64,000 nucleotides of DNA, from assembly GCA_964658305.1 (NCBI GenBank), contig OZ210885.1:62001-126000 (forward strand), written 5' to 3'. The translations under genes and the position numbers were made by a program. Source of the DNA: Leptogorgia sarmentosa. Its lineage: Eukaryota. Of this stretch, positions 1-14,095 are shown one piece after another. How positions within the stretch are numbered: the first letter of the stretch is position 1; each line of letters begins with the position of its first letter. The notes under the pieces were generated by a model that saw only the letters and a list, made by a program, of their open reading frames with translations, ran no database searches and was not told where the DNA came from.

Positions 1-1022
1 TGGAAAAGGTTGGGGTTAGGCTGGAAAAGGTTGCGGTTAGGCTGGAAAAGGTTGGGGTTAGGCTGGAAAAAGGTTGGGGTTAGGCTGGAAAAGGTTGGGC
101 TTAGGCTGGAAAAGGTTGGGGTTAAACTAGAAAAGGTTTGAGTTAGGCTGGAAAACGTTGGGATTAGGCTGGAAAAGGTTGGGGTTAGGCTGGAAAAGGT
201 TGGGGTTAGGCTGGAAAAGGTTGGGGTTAGGCTGGAAAAGGTTGGGGTTAGGCTGGAAAAGGTTGGGGTTAGGCTGGAAAAGGTTGGGCTTAGGCTGGAA
301 AAGGTTGGGGTTAAACTTTAAATTTTACTTTTTAAATTACGTCAAAATTTGTTTTCTTCGTTTTTTCTTCGTTTTTTTCAACATCCCAGACATTGTGAAA
401 GTGTTAAAAGTAAGAATTGTCAAGGAAGAAACGGAAAAAAAGTTTTGAGTGAAAAAAGCCGAAAATAATTTCGTCAAGCGCATTGCGCATGCGCGTACGT
501 CAAAATTTATTTTCATCGTTTTTTCTTCGTTTTTTTCAGCATCCCAGACATTGTGAAAGTATTAAAAAGCAAGAATAGTCAAGGAAGAAAGAAACAAAAA
601 AATTTTGAGTGAAAAAACCGAGAATAATTTCGTCTGGACAAGGCTGGAAAAGGTTGGGTTGGGCTGAAAAAGGTTGGGGTTAGGCTGGAAAAGGGTGGGG
701 CTAGGCTGGAAAACGTTGCGGTTAGGCTGGAAAAGTTGCGGTTAAACTGGAAAAGTCGCGGTTAGGCTGGAAAAGGGTGGGGCTAGGCTGGAAAAGGTGG
801 GGGTTAGGCTGGAAAAGTTGCGGTTAGGCTGGAAAAGTTGCGGTTAGGCTGGAAAAGGTTGGGGTTAGGCTGGAAAAGGTTGGGGTTAGGCTGGAAAAGG
901 TTGGGGTTAGGCTGGAAAAGGTTGCGGTTAGGCTGGAAAAGGTTGGGGTTAGGCTGGAAAAGGTTGGTGTTAGGCTGGAAAAGGTTGGGCTTAGGCTGGA
1001 AAAGGTTGGGGTTAGGGTTAGG

Positions 1023-1285
1023 GAAATGAGAGAGTGATGAAGGAAGATGTTTAAAACACTCACCTCTTTGAACCGTCTGTCCATGAGAAAATGCACAGGT
1101 TCACGCTGCTCTTGCACAAATTCATTTTCTTCTTCATCAACTTCATCACTGGATGATTGAGCATACCCAGGCCTAGCAAAGAGCAGGCTTGATTAGCATT
1201 TCAACTTACAAGGACCATCATATAAAGAAGGGCACAATTTAAAAAGGTAAAGTAATGGTGTCAGGATATTTGTAGTAACTTTGAC
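1023..1285 (-). pseudogene. MFAP1: MFAP1 exon-3 fragment inside the satellite unit, copy 1
   Basis: An AG..GT-bounded exon reads PGYAQSSSDEVDEEENEFVQEQREPVHFLMDRRFKE, resembling MFAP1 RPDYAPMESSDEEDEEF. Homologous to 5025-5262. Confidence 0.8.
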
Positions 1286-1710
1286 GTACGTGAAAATTTA
1301 TTTTCATCGTTTTTTGTTCGTTTTTTTCAGCATCCCAGACATTGTGAAAGTATTAAAAAGCAAGAATAGTCAAGGAAGAAACAAACAAAAAATTTTTGAG
1401 TGAAAAAACCGAGAATAATTTCGTCTGGACAAGGCTAGAAAAGGTTGGGATTGGGCTCAAAAAGGTTGGGGTTAGGCTGGAAAAGGGTGGGGCGAGGCTG
1501 GAAAACGTTGCGGTTAGGCTGGAAAAGTTGCGGTTAGACTGGAAAAGTCGCGGTTAGGCTGGAAAAGGGTGGGGCTAGGCTGGAAAAGGTGGGGGTTAGG
1601 CTGGAAAAGTTGCGGTTAGGCTGGAAAAGGTTGGGGTTAGGCTGGAAAAGGTTGGGGTTAGGCTGGAAAAGGTTGGGCTTAGGCTGGAAAAGGTTGGGGT
1701 TAGGGTTAGG

Positions 1711-1973
1711 GAAATGAGAGAGTGATGAAGGAAGATGTTTAAAACACTCACCTCTTTGAACCGTCTGTCCATGAGAAAATGCACAGGTTCACGCTGCTCT
1801 TGCACAAATTCATTTTCTTCTTGATCAACTTCATCACTGGATGATTGAGCATACCCAGGCCTAGCAAAGAGCAGGCTTGATTAGCATTTCAACTTACAAG
1901 GACCATCATATAAAGAAGGGCACAATTTAAAAAGGTAAAGTAATGGTGTCAGGATATTTGTAGTAACTTTGAC
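1711..1973 (-). pseudogene. MFAP1: MFAP1 exon-3 fragment inside the satellite unit, copy 2
   Basis: Near-identical to 1023-1285, offset by 688 bp. Confidence 0.8.
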
Positions 1974-2972
1974 GTACGTGAAAATTTATTTTCATCGTTT
2001 TTTGTTCGTTTTTTTCAGCATCCCAGACATTGTGAAAGTATTAAAAAGCAAGAATAGTCAAGGAAGAAACAAACAAAAAATTTTTGAGTGAAAAAACCGA
2101 GAATAATTTCGTCTGGACAAGGCTAGAAAAGGTTGGGATTGGGCTCAAAAAGGTTGGGGTTAGGCTGGAAAAGGGTGGGGCGAGGCTGGAAAACGTTGCG
2201 GTTAGGCTGGAAAAGTTGCGGTTAGACTGGAAAAGTCGCGGTTAGGCTGGAAAAGGGTGGGGCTAGGCTGGAAAAGGTGGGGGTTAGGCTGGAAAAGTTG
2301 CGGTTAGGCTGGAAAAGTTGCGGTTAGGCTGGAAAAGGTTGGGGTTAGGCTGGAAAAGGTTGGGGTTAGGCTGGAAAAGGTTGCGGTTAGGCTGGAAAAT
2401 GATGCGGTTAGACTGGCAAAGGTTGCGGTTAGGCTGGAAAAGGTTTCGGTTAGGCTGGGAAAGGTGGGGGTTAGGCTGGAACAGGTTGCGGTTAAGCTGG
2501 AAAAGGTTGCGGTTAGACTGGAAAAGGTAGGGGTTAGGCTGGAAAAGGTTGGGGTTAGGGTGGAAAAGGTTGCGGTTAGGCTGGAAAAGGTTGGGGTTAG
2601 GCTGGAAAAGGTTGCGGTTAGGCTGGAAAAGGATGCGGTTAGACTGGCAAAGGTTGCGGTTAGGCTGGAAAAGGTTTCGGTTAGGCTGGAAAAGGTGGGG
2701 GTTAGGCTGGAAAAGGTTGCGGTTAAGCTGGAAAAGGTTGCGGTTAGACTGGAAAAGGTAGGGGTTAGGCTGGAAAAGGTTGGGGTTAGGGTGGAAAAGG
2801 TTGGGGTTAGGCTGGAAAAGGTTGGGGTTAGGCTGGAAAAGGTTGGGGATAGGCTGGAAAAGGTTGGGGCTAGGCTGGAAAAGGTTGGGGTTAGGCTGGA
2901 AAAGGTTGGGGCTAGGCTGGAAAAGGTTGCGGTTAGGCTGGAAAAGGTTGCGGTTAGGCTGGAAAACCTGGC

Positions 2973-3976
2973 TTTACCAAACTGGGCGGAGCTTGTGGCC
3001 GGGCCTGGGGCGAGTCGAAAAATGCCACGCGGTGTCCGGTGCACTCTAACGGGCGCCGTCTAGACCCAATAAACCGAGTAATTTGGCATAAAACCCCAAT
3101 TATCTCGCGTAAAAAGGGGCGGGGCTTAACCAAAGTGGGCGGAGCTTGTGCGCGGGCCTGGGACGAGTCGAAAGATGCCGCGCGGTGTCCGGGGTGTGGA
3201 ACGGGCGCCGTCTAGACCTAATAATCCGAGTAATTTGGCATAAAACCCCAATTATTATTCACTTTATAGTATTCTCAATTTTGATTGGTCAATTTACCTG
3301 CAAATAACTGCGTGCAAATAATAGTCTGAGCATGCGCATTTGTTAAAAAGGTTGCTCACCTGCAAATAATAGTCTGAGCATGCGCATTGCGTCACTTTTT
3401 TGTAAACAATGGCGGCTCGTTTTCCTGAACTATCAGAAGACGAGCTGTCTTGTTTACTAGAGGGAAAAGATTCCGAAAATACAAAAAAAGCCACCAAAAC
3501 GGCCGTCAGTGTCTTCCGGCAATATTTAAAAGAAAGAAAAATTTAAAAGAAGAAGGTTCTTTCTGTAAACCAGTATTATTTTTTTATGAAATAAAATTTG
3601 TATGTAAAGCTCGTTGTGTACGTCTACCTTGTAGCTAAGTATGCTTTGTAAATGAATAATAAAACAATTATTGGACGAGATCTCGCCAAATATTGCGATT
3701 TGTCGGTGGCTCGCAGATCAATTATTTGCCTCTGCCTTCGGCATCGGCAAATAATTGATCTGCTCGCCACCGACAAATCGCGATATTTTGCTCGACCTCG
3801 TCCAATAATTGATAATTATCTGGCGTAAAAAGGGGCGGGGCTTAACCAAAGTGGGCGGAGCTGGTGCGCTGGCCTGGGGCGAGTCGAAAGATGGCGCGCG
3901 GTGTCCGGGGAACTGGAACGGGGGCGGTATAGACCCAATAAACCGAGTAATTTTGGCTTCGGGGGCCTGGGGCGAG
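2973..3976 (+). repeat. ~152-bp GC-rich tandem repeat (about 3 units), interrupted by an insertion
   Basis: Units containing GGGCGGAGC...GAGTCGAAA...GCGGTGTCCGG...TAGACCYAATAA start at ~2974, 3127 and 3843. Confidence 0.9.
3250..3819 (+). mobile_element. Non-autonomous Crypton-like (tyrosine-recombinase transposon) deletion derivative
   Basis: Flanked by AATTAT direct repeats (3250-3255, 3814-3819). ORF 3409-3546 reads MAARFPELSEDELSCLLEGKDSENTKKATKTAVSVFRQYLKERKI*, resembling the RF...NTKKxT...F N-terminus of DUF3504/Crypton proteins. A long terminal hairpin spans 3665-3811. Confidence 0.65.
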
Positions 3977-4001
3977 TACCGTTTAGAATAAAAAAACATA
4001 C

Positions 4002-5469
4002 CAGTTTTTCGAAGACTTGTTTACTTGCTGCTCAATGCGTCGCTTGAAACTTCAGATTTAATGTGTTGTCCTGGGCCCATGCCGAGTCGAACTGCAAATA
4101 AAGGAATCACCATCATAATCATTATCATTATTATCATCAAAATCATCACCATCATCATCAAGATCATCACCATCACAATCGTCATCAAAATCAAGATGAT
4201 CAAGATCATCAGCACCATCACCACCACCACCATCATCATCAAGATCTCCACCATCACCATGATCACCACCACCATCACCACATCATCATCAAGATCATCA
4301 CCATCATCATCACCACCTCCACCATCATCATCAAGATCATCACCATCACCATCATCACTGCCATCAAGATCATCATCACCATCATTATCATTATTATCAT
4401 CATTATCACCATCATCATCACCACCATCACCATCATTATCATTATTATTACCGATTCTGAACGACCAAATGTGTATATTTCGTTCGACCAGATCTTCCAA
4501 AATTCAATTAATCTTTCTTCTTCAGTCGTGTTATGAAGGCGTTCTGCTTCAATTCATTCTTTCTCCATTCTAAAATTAATCATTTGAACAAGTTAAGACT
4601 AATGACAAACTCACTCATGTCAATAATTGTAATTGTACCAGAAAAAACTAGCAGAACTCAATAACAAGGTAACTGAACTAACTATCCACTGTTTCAATCG
4701 TGATGTGATGGATTAATGATAAACTAATGCCATACTTACACATCTGTTTTTTCTCTACCATGCAATCGTTTCAAACGTCTGTCAGTTTCCTCTGCCTTGT
4801 CATATTCCTAAAGGTAAAATGATGATAAAGTGTAGTTTTCAATTCCTTGCTTGAGTATTTTCCAAAACGTTCTCGCTGGTAATGCTGCTCCCAATTACTT
4901 GATTTATCTTCCACAATCAATTATGAATACAATCAATCAATAATCGGTCAATATCGATTATCGACGACAATTAATTGATTATGAAAGTCAGCTAATGGAA
5001 GCACATCTGAGGTGAACAACATTGAAATGACAGAGTGATGAAGGAAGATGTATAAAACACTCACTTCTTTCAACCGTCTGTCCATGAGAATATCCACAGG
5101 TTCACGTTTCTTCTTCATCATCTTCATCACTGGATGATTGAGCATACCCAGGCCTAGTAAAGAGCAGGCTTGATTAGCATTTCAACTTGCAAGGACCTTC
5201 ATATAAAGAAGGGCACAATTTAAAAAGGTATTGGTGGCAGGAAGTTTGTAGTAAATTTGACTTTCTGCATTGACAATTCACCTTGGAAACAACCACAAAC
5301 AACAACGATCAGTTTAATCCCAGACAAAATACACATGTTCCAAATAAAAAATACAAAATGAACTCAGTGATAAAACATAATTTCTAGTTTCTACTTTAAT
5401 ACCTTTCTCATTTTTAACCGGCACGGCTCCTGTCGTTGACTGTATTGGGAATTTCGATGCAGCAGACAT
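4002..5469 (-). pseudogene. MFAP1: Unprocessed, internally deleted MFAP1 (microfibrillar-associated protein 1 / splicing factor) pseudogene
   Basis: Exon 5469-5403 MSAASKFPIQSTTGAVPVKNEKG; ~5281-5255 ELSMQKVK (truncated); 5153-5065 PGYAQSSSDE.. (20-bp frameshifting deletion relative to the satellite copies); 4807-4740 EYDKAEETDRRLKRLHGRE; ~4569-4452 MEKE*IEAERLHNTTEEER fused out of frame to RSGRTKYTHLV; 4091-4002 FDSAWAQDNTLNLKFQATH*AASKQVFEK. The blocks follow MFAP1 motif order. Confidence 0.9.
4107..4450 (+). repeat. Degenerate (CAT/CAC/TAT)n trinucleotide microsatellite in a pseudogene intron
   Basis: About 340 bp of ATC/ACC/ATT triplets. Confidence 0.95.
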
Positions 5470-5835
5470 GATGCGATTGTTTAAGGTACCTTTACATCAG
5501 TCTAGCTTCAAAAACTTTAAAAGAAAAGAAAACCTTTTTAATCTACAGTAGAACCTCGCTAACTCGAACCCTTAAGGGGAACGAAAAATAGTTCGAGTTT
5601 CGAGTACATCACATCAGCACGTTTCCCGCCTACCTTGTGATTGGTTGAAATCTCAGCCCTGACCAATCACAGTCCAAGGTGTATGTTGGGAGAATAACTA
5701 AACTCAACACAGGATTTGTACGATTAAATAAGCAACACAAACGTACGTTTCGCCAAACACGCGTGCAATTTTTCATTAATACTTCTCGAACCGTGTAATT
5801 TCCTATACTAAAGTTTGGAGAAGATTTTTATGAGA

Positions 5836-6003
5836 GGGTGTGTATGGACCTTGGAGGGTATGTGTGGATTATGGAGGGCATGTATGCATTATGGAGGGCG
5901 TGTATGGATTATGGAGGGCATGTATGGATTATAGAGGGCATGTATGGATCATGGAGGGCATGTATGGATTATGGAGGGTGTGTATGAACCTTGGGGGTAT
6001 GGA
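5836..6003 (+). repeat. 20-bp minisatellite (TGTATGGATTATGGAGGGCA), about 8 units
   Basis: Directly visible tandem units. Confidence 0.92.
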
Positions 6004-6156
6004 CATTTTTGTGGTTGACTGCTAAGAGTTTGTCTCAAAGCTTCAGTAAAATGCAAGGGCTGCTACTGCGCGAGATCATTCAAAAGCAAAAGAAAAAAAT
6101 CCCATGCGTTTGTGTCGACGTAAAAGAACAGGAAGTTTTCTTAAATGTTATAACTT

Positions 6157-8922
6157 TTATTAATATAAAGACATTTCACAACACACCAAGGTGAGCCCCC
6201 AGACTAGTGGAGGGAAGGAGGCGCCTTACATCTCCATTTTAGACCTGCAACAAGCATGGTCTAACCACTGCCCGACTGTGAACAATTACAGTAAAGTTTG
6301 CAAAATTCTCCTTTCAGTGGAATAGACCTTAGAAGTTATACCAGTGTTCTGGGAATTTAACCCAGAGGCCGACAGAAAAACTGTTTTCATCGACCCCTAA
6401 CAAGGACACTCCCCCATGCACTAAGCTAACTTCGACCATTTGCATATAGCTCGGTCGCAGGAGAGTAATTTTTACATGCAATGCAAGCTATATCTCATGC
6501 TCGTGCAATTTTTAAGTTCCGAATAATTTTGCCTATTTCTATTGCTTCGGACATACAGAAAATACAAATGCCGGGCCCGATCATTTGTATTTACTCATTG
6601 TTCGAAACAAGCAGGTGAAAAAACAGGGTTGGGAGGCCTTAGACGATTATAGCTTCCATATCGAAAAAGAAGGGAACCCGGGGACTAAACTAGCTACAAA
6701 TTATACCTTGCTCACCCATCAGTGTCCAAGATAACGCGTCCACCTTTCCATCCAACCAGTTGATCTTCAAAAATAAATGTCACAATTAAATAGAAAATAA
6801 AACTGTGAAACCAGACAGCGAGTATTAAATTGATTTTCTATGGAATAAATTGAACTACACGAGATTAACAACACACAACAGACAATTACCTTCAAACGTT
6901 GCACAGCTTCACCAGTTTAAACGAACAATCCAAACGGATTCACTGCGCCGAGCCTGAAACAAAAAAAAAACGAAAAGAGTTTCATAAAATTCATAAAGTT
7001 AATAGGTTTCATCAGGTTCAGGTTTCCTTCAGTTACCCACACGAACTACATCAGTAAAACATCCAGTATAAATATCAGTAAGGGTCATGAAAATGAGACG
7101 ATTGAACCTCTTGGAAGGACACTTTAGAATTGAAAAGCTATCCAATCAAACAGGCAAGGTATCCTGAGTACCGGAGAAAAACCTTTGAAAAGGCAGTCCT
7201 GAAATAAATTTACAAGTTACCTTCCTCTCGTATCACTGCTTCTTTGTGACAAACCATTTCTCCAAGACAACGAAACCATGGTCCACTATATCCTGCTTAA
7301 TCGTCAAATAAAAGTGTAACAATTAACAAAAAAAAATGTAAAACTAGACAACAAGTATAAAATATTGATTTTTCATGGAAATAAATTTAACAACACAAGC
7401 TTAATAATACACACCAGACGTATCACCCTTAAAGTGGTATAGGTCGACCAGTTCCACACACTTTATCCAATCGGGCCCAATTACGAAAAGTCTGACAAAG
7501 AGAGATCATAAATGTAATTTGTTGAATCTACGGGAAGAACACTTTAGAAGTGACAAAGCTATCCAAATCACAGTAACCATTGTACCTTCTCATACTGATC
7601 CACCATTGCCGTGAGTTCCAACCGAGTGTCCTCAGTTATTGGGTCCTTGGGCAACGTGTGTTGGCTCGCACATAAGCACATAAAATTATAAGACACCAAC
7701 GTTACATTTTGAAGTTTACAATATCTTTTAGTACAATAGTACAATTTTGTACTTGCAAGACTAAAATTAAGTTTGCTACTTTGATAGTGATAGAGAACAT
7801 GGTGATTTGAATGCTTGAAGTTTTATGCAAATTAACATATTTGTCAGGTTAGAGACAGTTAGTCTTCATGAATTATTGATGCGTCTTTAGGACTACTGCA
7901 GCATTTTCTCATGCATCATTTTAGTAATTTTGACGTGTAAGCTATGTCATGCTCATGCAACTTAAAATTAAATGATGGTGTACAACTTCGCTGTATCAGT
8001 TTCGAACTCTTATGTTTTAGCACTCGGAAAGTAATTTCGCCTAAAGTTATATTGCTTCGTACATACAGAAAATACAAATGACGGGCCCGATCATTTGTAT
8101 TTCCTCATTGTTCAAAGCAACCAGGTTAAAAAACAGGGCTGGGCGGCCTTAGACTGCAAGCCGAAAATTAAATGAAAGTGAACAGCAAAGTGCGTCTGGG
8201 TTCTTAGCTGGGTCTACTGTACAAAGACTGAAAGACCATTCGCATATAGCTCGATCTCAAGTGACAGTAATGAAATGCAAACATAAGCACATCGTTAACT
8301 AGTCAACCATGCACAACGATAAAATACCATTTGAAATGTTGTATTTGCGTACGTACATCAATGTCTTTTCGAGACTTTCGCTGGTGAAGGTAGAATCATC
8401 CTACAAATAAAGAGTTGTTGAGAAAAGCGCCGAAATACAACACACAGCATTTACGTATTTGGCAAATGAAGATATAACGTTCGAAGGCCGTTTAGCTTAA
8501 ACGATGGATAAACAATTCAGTTTGCACAAACAATTTAATTACCTTTTAATTGCTGGTATTCACACCAGATATTGTCTATAGACTATTTCTAAAGTGAAAG
8601 AAAATACAAATGTAAGCTGTTTAAAACTATTGAAAGCACTAGAGAAGAAAACGCGAGGGCCTGACCTGGGAAAGGTCGAAGAAATAATCCGACGAAGCTT
8701 GTTCGCGACCGGTCTTCGCGTTATACAATTATTCATAATCAAACAAACGCATTGAAATAAGCATGTTTTGTACAGCCATGTGCTCTACTTTACCTTTAGA
8801 CCGTGCCTGATAAAGCAAAGACCTTTATTGCTCATCTCTCTTCTGCCTTCGAATTTGTAAAATCGTCGGGTAACTTTTCTAAACCTTTCTTGACTTGGAC
8901 TTTCTTCTCCTCCCAGTTTCAT
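6157..8922 (-). pseudogene. Degenerate multi-exon locus of unknown family (pseudogene or spliced lncRNA)
   Basis: Splice-bounded blocks at ~8922-8794, 8400-8357, 7664-7586, 7491-7427, 7292-7221, 6953-6890, 6764-6707 and 6396-6160, with AATAAA near 6157. The frames cannot be joined without stops. Internal duplications: 6485-6645 vs 7940-8153, and 6790-6955 vs 7335-7495. Confidence 0.4.
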
Positions 8923-9061
8923 CTGTGGTTAAATTGTGAGCACCCGAGTGGAAATGCTTCTTTTAAACCTACCTCGTGGAGGACTGCGTGAATTTCATTG
9001 GTCGACTAATCCTGCGTTTTTTATTGGTCCGTCAACTGCATATGTTGGCAAATTTTATAAT

Positions 9062-9745
9062 TTTTTTATAAATATTTGAAAATCAGGGTTGATTTGTGTC
9101 CTATCTATAGTGAAACTATACTTTACTACCTGATTGGGGTACAAAACCAGCCCGTTTTTATAAATATTTGAAAATCAGGGTGGATTTGTGTCCTATCTAT
9201 AGTGAAACTATACTTTACTACCTGATTGGGGTACAAAACCACCCCGTTTTTATAAATATTTGAAAATCAGGGTGGATTTGTGTCCTATCTATAGTGAAAC
9301 TATACTTTACTACCTGATTGGGGTACAAAACCAGCCCCGTTTTTATAAATATTTGAAAATCAGGGTGGATTAATTGTGTCTTGTCTATATAGGGTGTATC
9401 AAAAAAAAGTTTACTGATGAAAAACATTCTCTAAAGTAACGAGCGCTCAAAATTTCCAAAAACTTTCGGTTAGCCTGGGTAGTTTAGCACCCTCTGGTAT
9501 ATCTAGCACTAAGTTTATTTTAAAAACAAACTTTTTTAGAATGGGAAATGTGGTTACTGAAAGGCCCGTTAAAAACGGCTTGCGCGGAAAAATAAGTTTT
9601 CTTCACACAATTTCGTTTAATCGGATGAAAATATGGAGTATGATATACAAGCTAAAATCAGGGTTGATTTGTGTCTTGTCTACAGTGAAACTATACTTTA
9701 CTACCTGATTGGGGTACAAAACCAGCCCGTTTGTGTAAATATTTG
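9062..9745 (+). repeat. 92-bp tandem repeat, about 4.5 units, interrupted at 9390-9650 by a truncated Tc1/mariner-type end
   Basis: AATCAGGG recurs at 9081, 9173, 9265, 9358 and ~9656. The insert starts TA|TAGGGTGTATCAAAAAAAAG, similar to the TIR at 54808. Confidence 0.9.
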
Positions 9746-9860
9746 ATCACCAGGTGTTTTCCTATGTAGCATAAGAACTGAGTGAAACCCAGCCTGCAGT
9801 CTTAAGAAAAACACACAAAGACTATTTTTCAAGATGTTTTAATAAACTACAAAGTAATTT

Positions 9861-12531
<2,671 letters not shown>

Positions 12532-12788
12532 TCTAAATAACATTACAACTCTTTAAGTCACAATACACATTAACCCAAATTACTTTATTTCAAAGAGCAC
12601 TGTAGCGCTTAAGTGTAAATATAACTTTGAAAATATAACTTTGGCACTTAGGTATATAACAAAACATTTATTTACTGAAACCTCAGGAAATCATAAGTTT
12701 TGTGTCAGTAAATAAATGATAAACATTAGCGCTTTCCTTCAGTATTCGTTTAGTATCTACTAAACATTTAAAATATTCAAGTCCAGGT

Positions 12789-13029
12789 CACAGAGGATAT
12801 ATCATACAGAGATATAACTGGTGTAAATCAATATGAAAAAACTCGCATTTTCACGTACCCACTTTTTTTCAGTGCGATCGGCAAAGAATGATCAACTGCG
12901 CATGCTTGTTAAAATTTAGTCGTCATCAGGTCATCATCCAATCAGATGCACGCATCTAGTAACTTGCCGAGCATGCGCACAAAAATAGTGGGTACAACAG
13001 TTACATCTCTGTATGACATATACTCTGTG
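12789..13029. mobile_element. MITE with CACAGAG..CTCTGTG TIRs and 7-bp TSD TCCAGGT (P-superfamily-like)
   Basis: Imperfect TIRs of about 32 bp, a further internal inverted repeat (GTACCCACT../..AGTGGGTAC), and TSD copies at 12782-12788 and 13030-13036. A 9-bp TSD parse is also possible. Confidence 0.85.
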
Positions 13030-13601
13030 TCCAGGTCAACATTCTTTGCTCACAGTCACTGGTAAAAGTTTACAGTTTGCCTCAATAATCACTTAACACT
13101 TAAAAATATTACTATTATATAGGTGAGAGATACAATAAAATTCAGCAGATGTAATGATTTCATTTAAAATAAACACACTCTCTGGTTTCTAACTACTAAA
13201 CTGTAGTCTTCAAAGGATTGGAGCTGAAAATGTAAGTCAGAGAACGTGTATATTTTTGATTGTCTCAACTTGGCTACGTTTGTATTTCTTTTTTTTTCCT
13301 TTCGAAAATGATTGCAGATAACCTTTACATGTTAGAAAACTACAAGCAGACCGTTTAAACATTCCCAAAATTCTACTAATTATCAGGCAGTTGTGCATTT
13401 TGAATTGTTGTCAAAGTTATGGACATGTTATTGTGGTACGGTATCATTATCGAGTTAAAAATTAGAAATTCTCAGTCTGAAGACGTACAAAAATGACACA
13501 TCATTGTAGAAAAATATACTGACTATTTGATTCGTGGAAAATACAGTCCATAACTGAAACGATGGGCGAAAAATAAAAGGATTTCTAAGTACAACTTTTA
13601 C

Positions 13602-13646
13602 CTTAGTGTCGTTCGCTTTACACAGATAAGGGGAAAGAAAGAGAAG
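13602..13646 (-). promoter_or_regulatory. RPS10: RPS10 non-coding first exon with 5'-terminal oligopyrimidine (TOP) tract
   Basis: Minus strand reads CTTCTCTTTCTTTCCCCTT...CACTAAG|gtaaaag, which is typical of ribosomal protein genes. Confidence 0.75.
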
Positions 13647-14095
13647 TTCTAAGGGACTGGGTTCGTTGTTTAGAAAATTAAAATGCCATCGTTCAAAAGT
13701 GTTAACAAAATGGGATACACTGGATTAATGAGGGATAGTTCTGGATAAATTATTTAAAAATTCTCGCGCCAAAAAGTCTCAATAACTGGTCATGTTGTGA
13801 GGTAATAATTAAACAGGTATTTACAAAATAATGTAATATGATTGGTCTAGACAACACAAGGCCTTTGTTATTGTGAATTAGTTATGTTGCCTAGCGCAAT
13901 TGAGAACTTCATTGGAAATATTTGATAGAAATATGGTCGAATTAACGCAAGAAGACACAAATTTGGTTAGTCCAAGTAAAATATATTGAATGTGTTTTAT
14001 TCTTGTAGACCTATTTAAAAATTTCGTGTATACTTCAGTCAAGGCGATCACAAAGCATTTCATCAAAAGACAACACGAACACGAAGCTGGCAGAA

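Larger units (their letters stand above)
1..2968 (+). repeat. 21-bp G-rich tandem satellite (GGTTAGGCTGGAAAAGGTTGG and variants) with AT-rich spacers and a 688-bp higher-order unit
   Basis: Arrays at ~1-312, 640-1020, 1430-1710 and 2120-2968. An AT-rich spacer recurs at ~340, 498, 1288 and 1976. GGGAAATGAG at 1021 recurs at 1709, giving a period of 688. Confidence 0.97.

Noticed and set aside
158..3063. ORFs with GWKRLGL, TPTFSSL or VRLEKVG heptads
   Set aside because: These are translations of the 21-bp satellite, open in several frames and on both strands.
4021..4573. Poly-Asp, poly-Ile and poly-Ser ORFs
   Set aside because: Artefacts of the trinucleotide microsatellite.
6186..6690. RNase MRP-like motifs on the minus strand (AGTCCCCG ... 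GGGGCTCA)
   Set aside because: The GAAAG context of CR-I is missing, the spacing is long, and the region is better explained as the last exons of the degenerate locus.
9062..9745. Regular repeats resembling a CRISPR array
   Set aside because: Whole units repeat with no unique spacers, no cas genes are present, and the context is eukaryotic.
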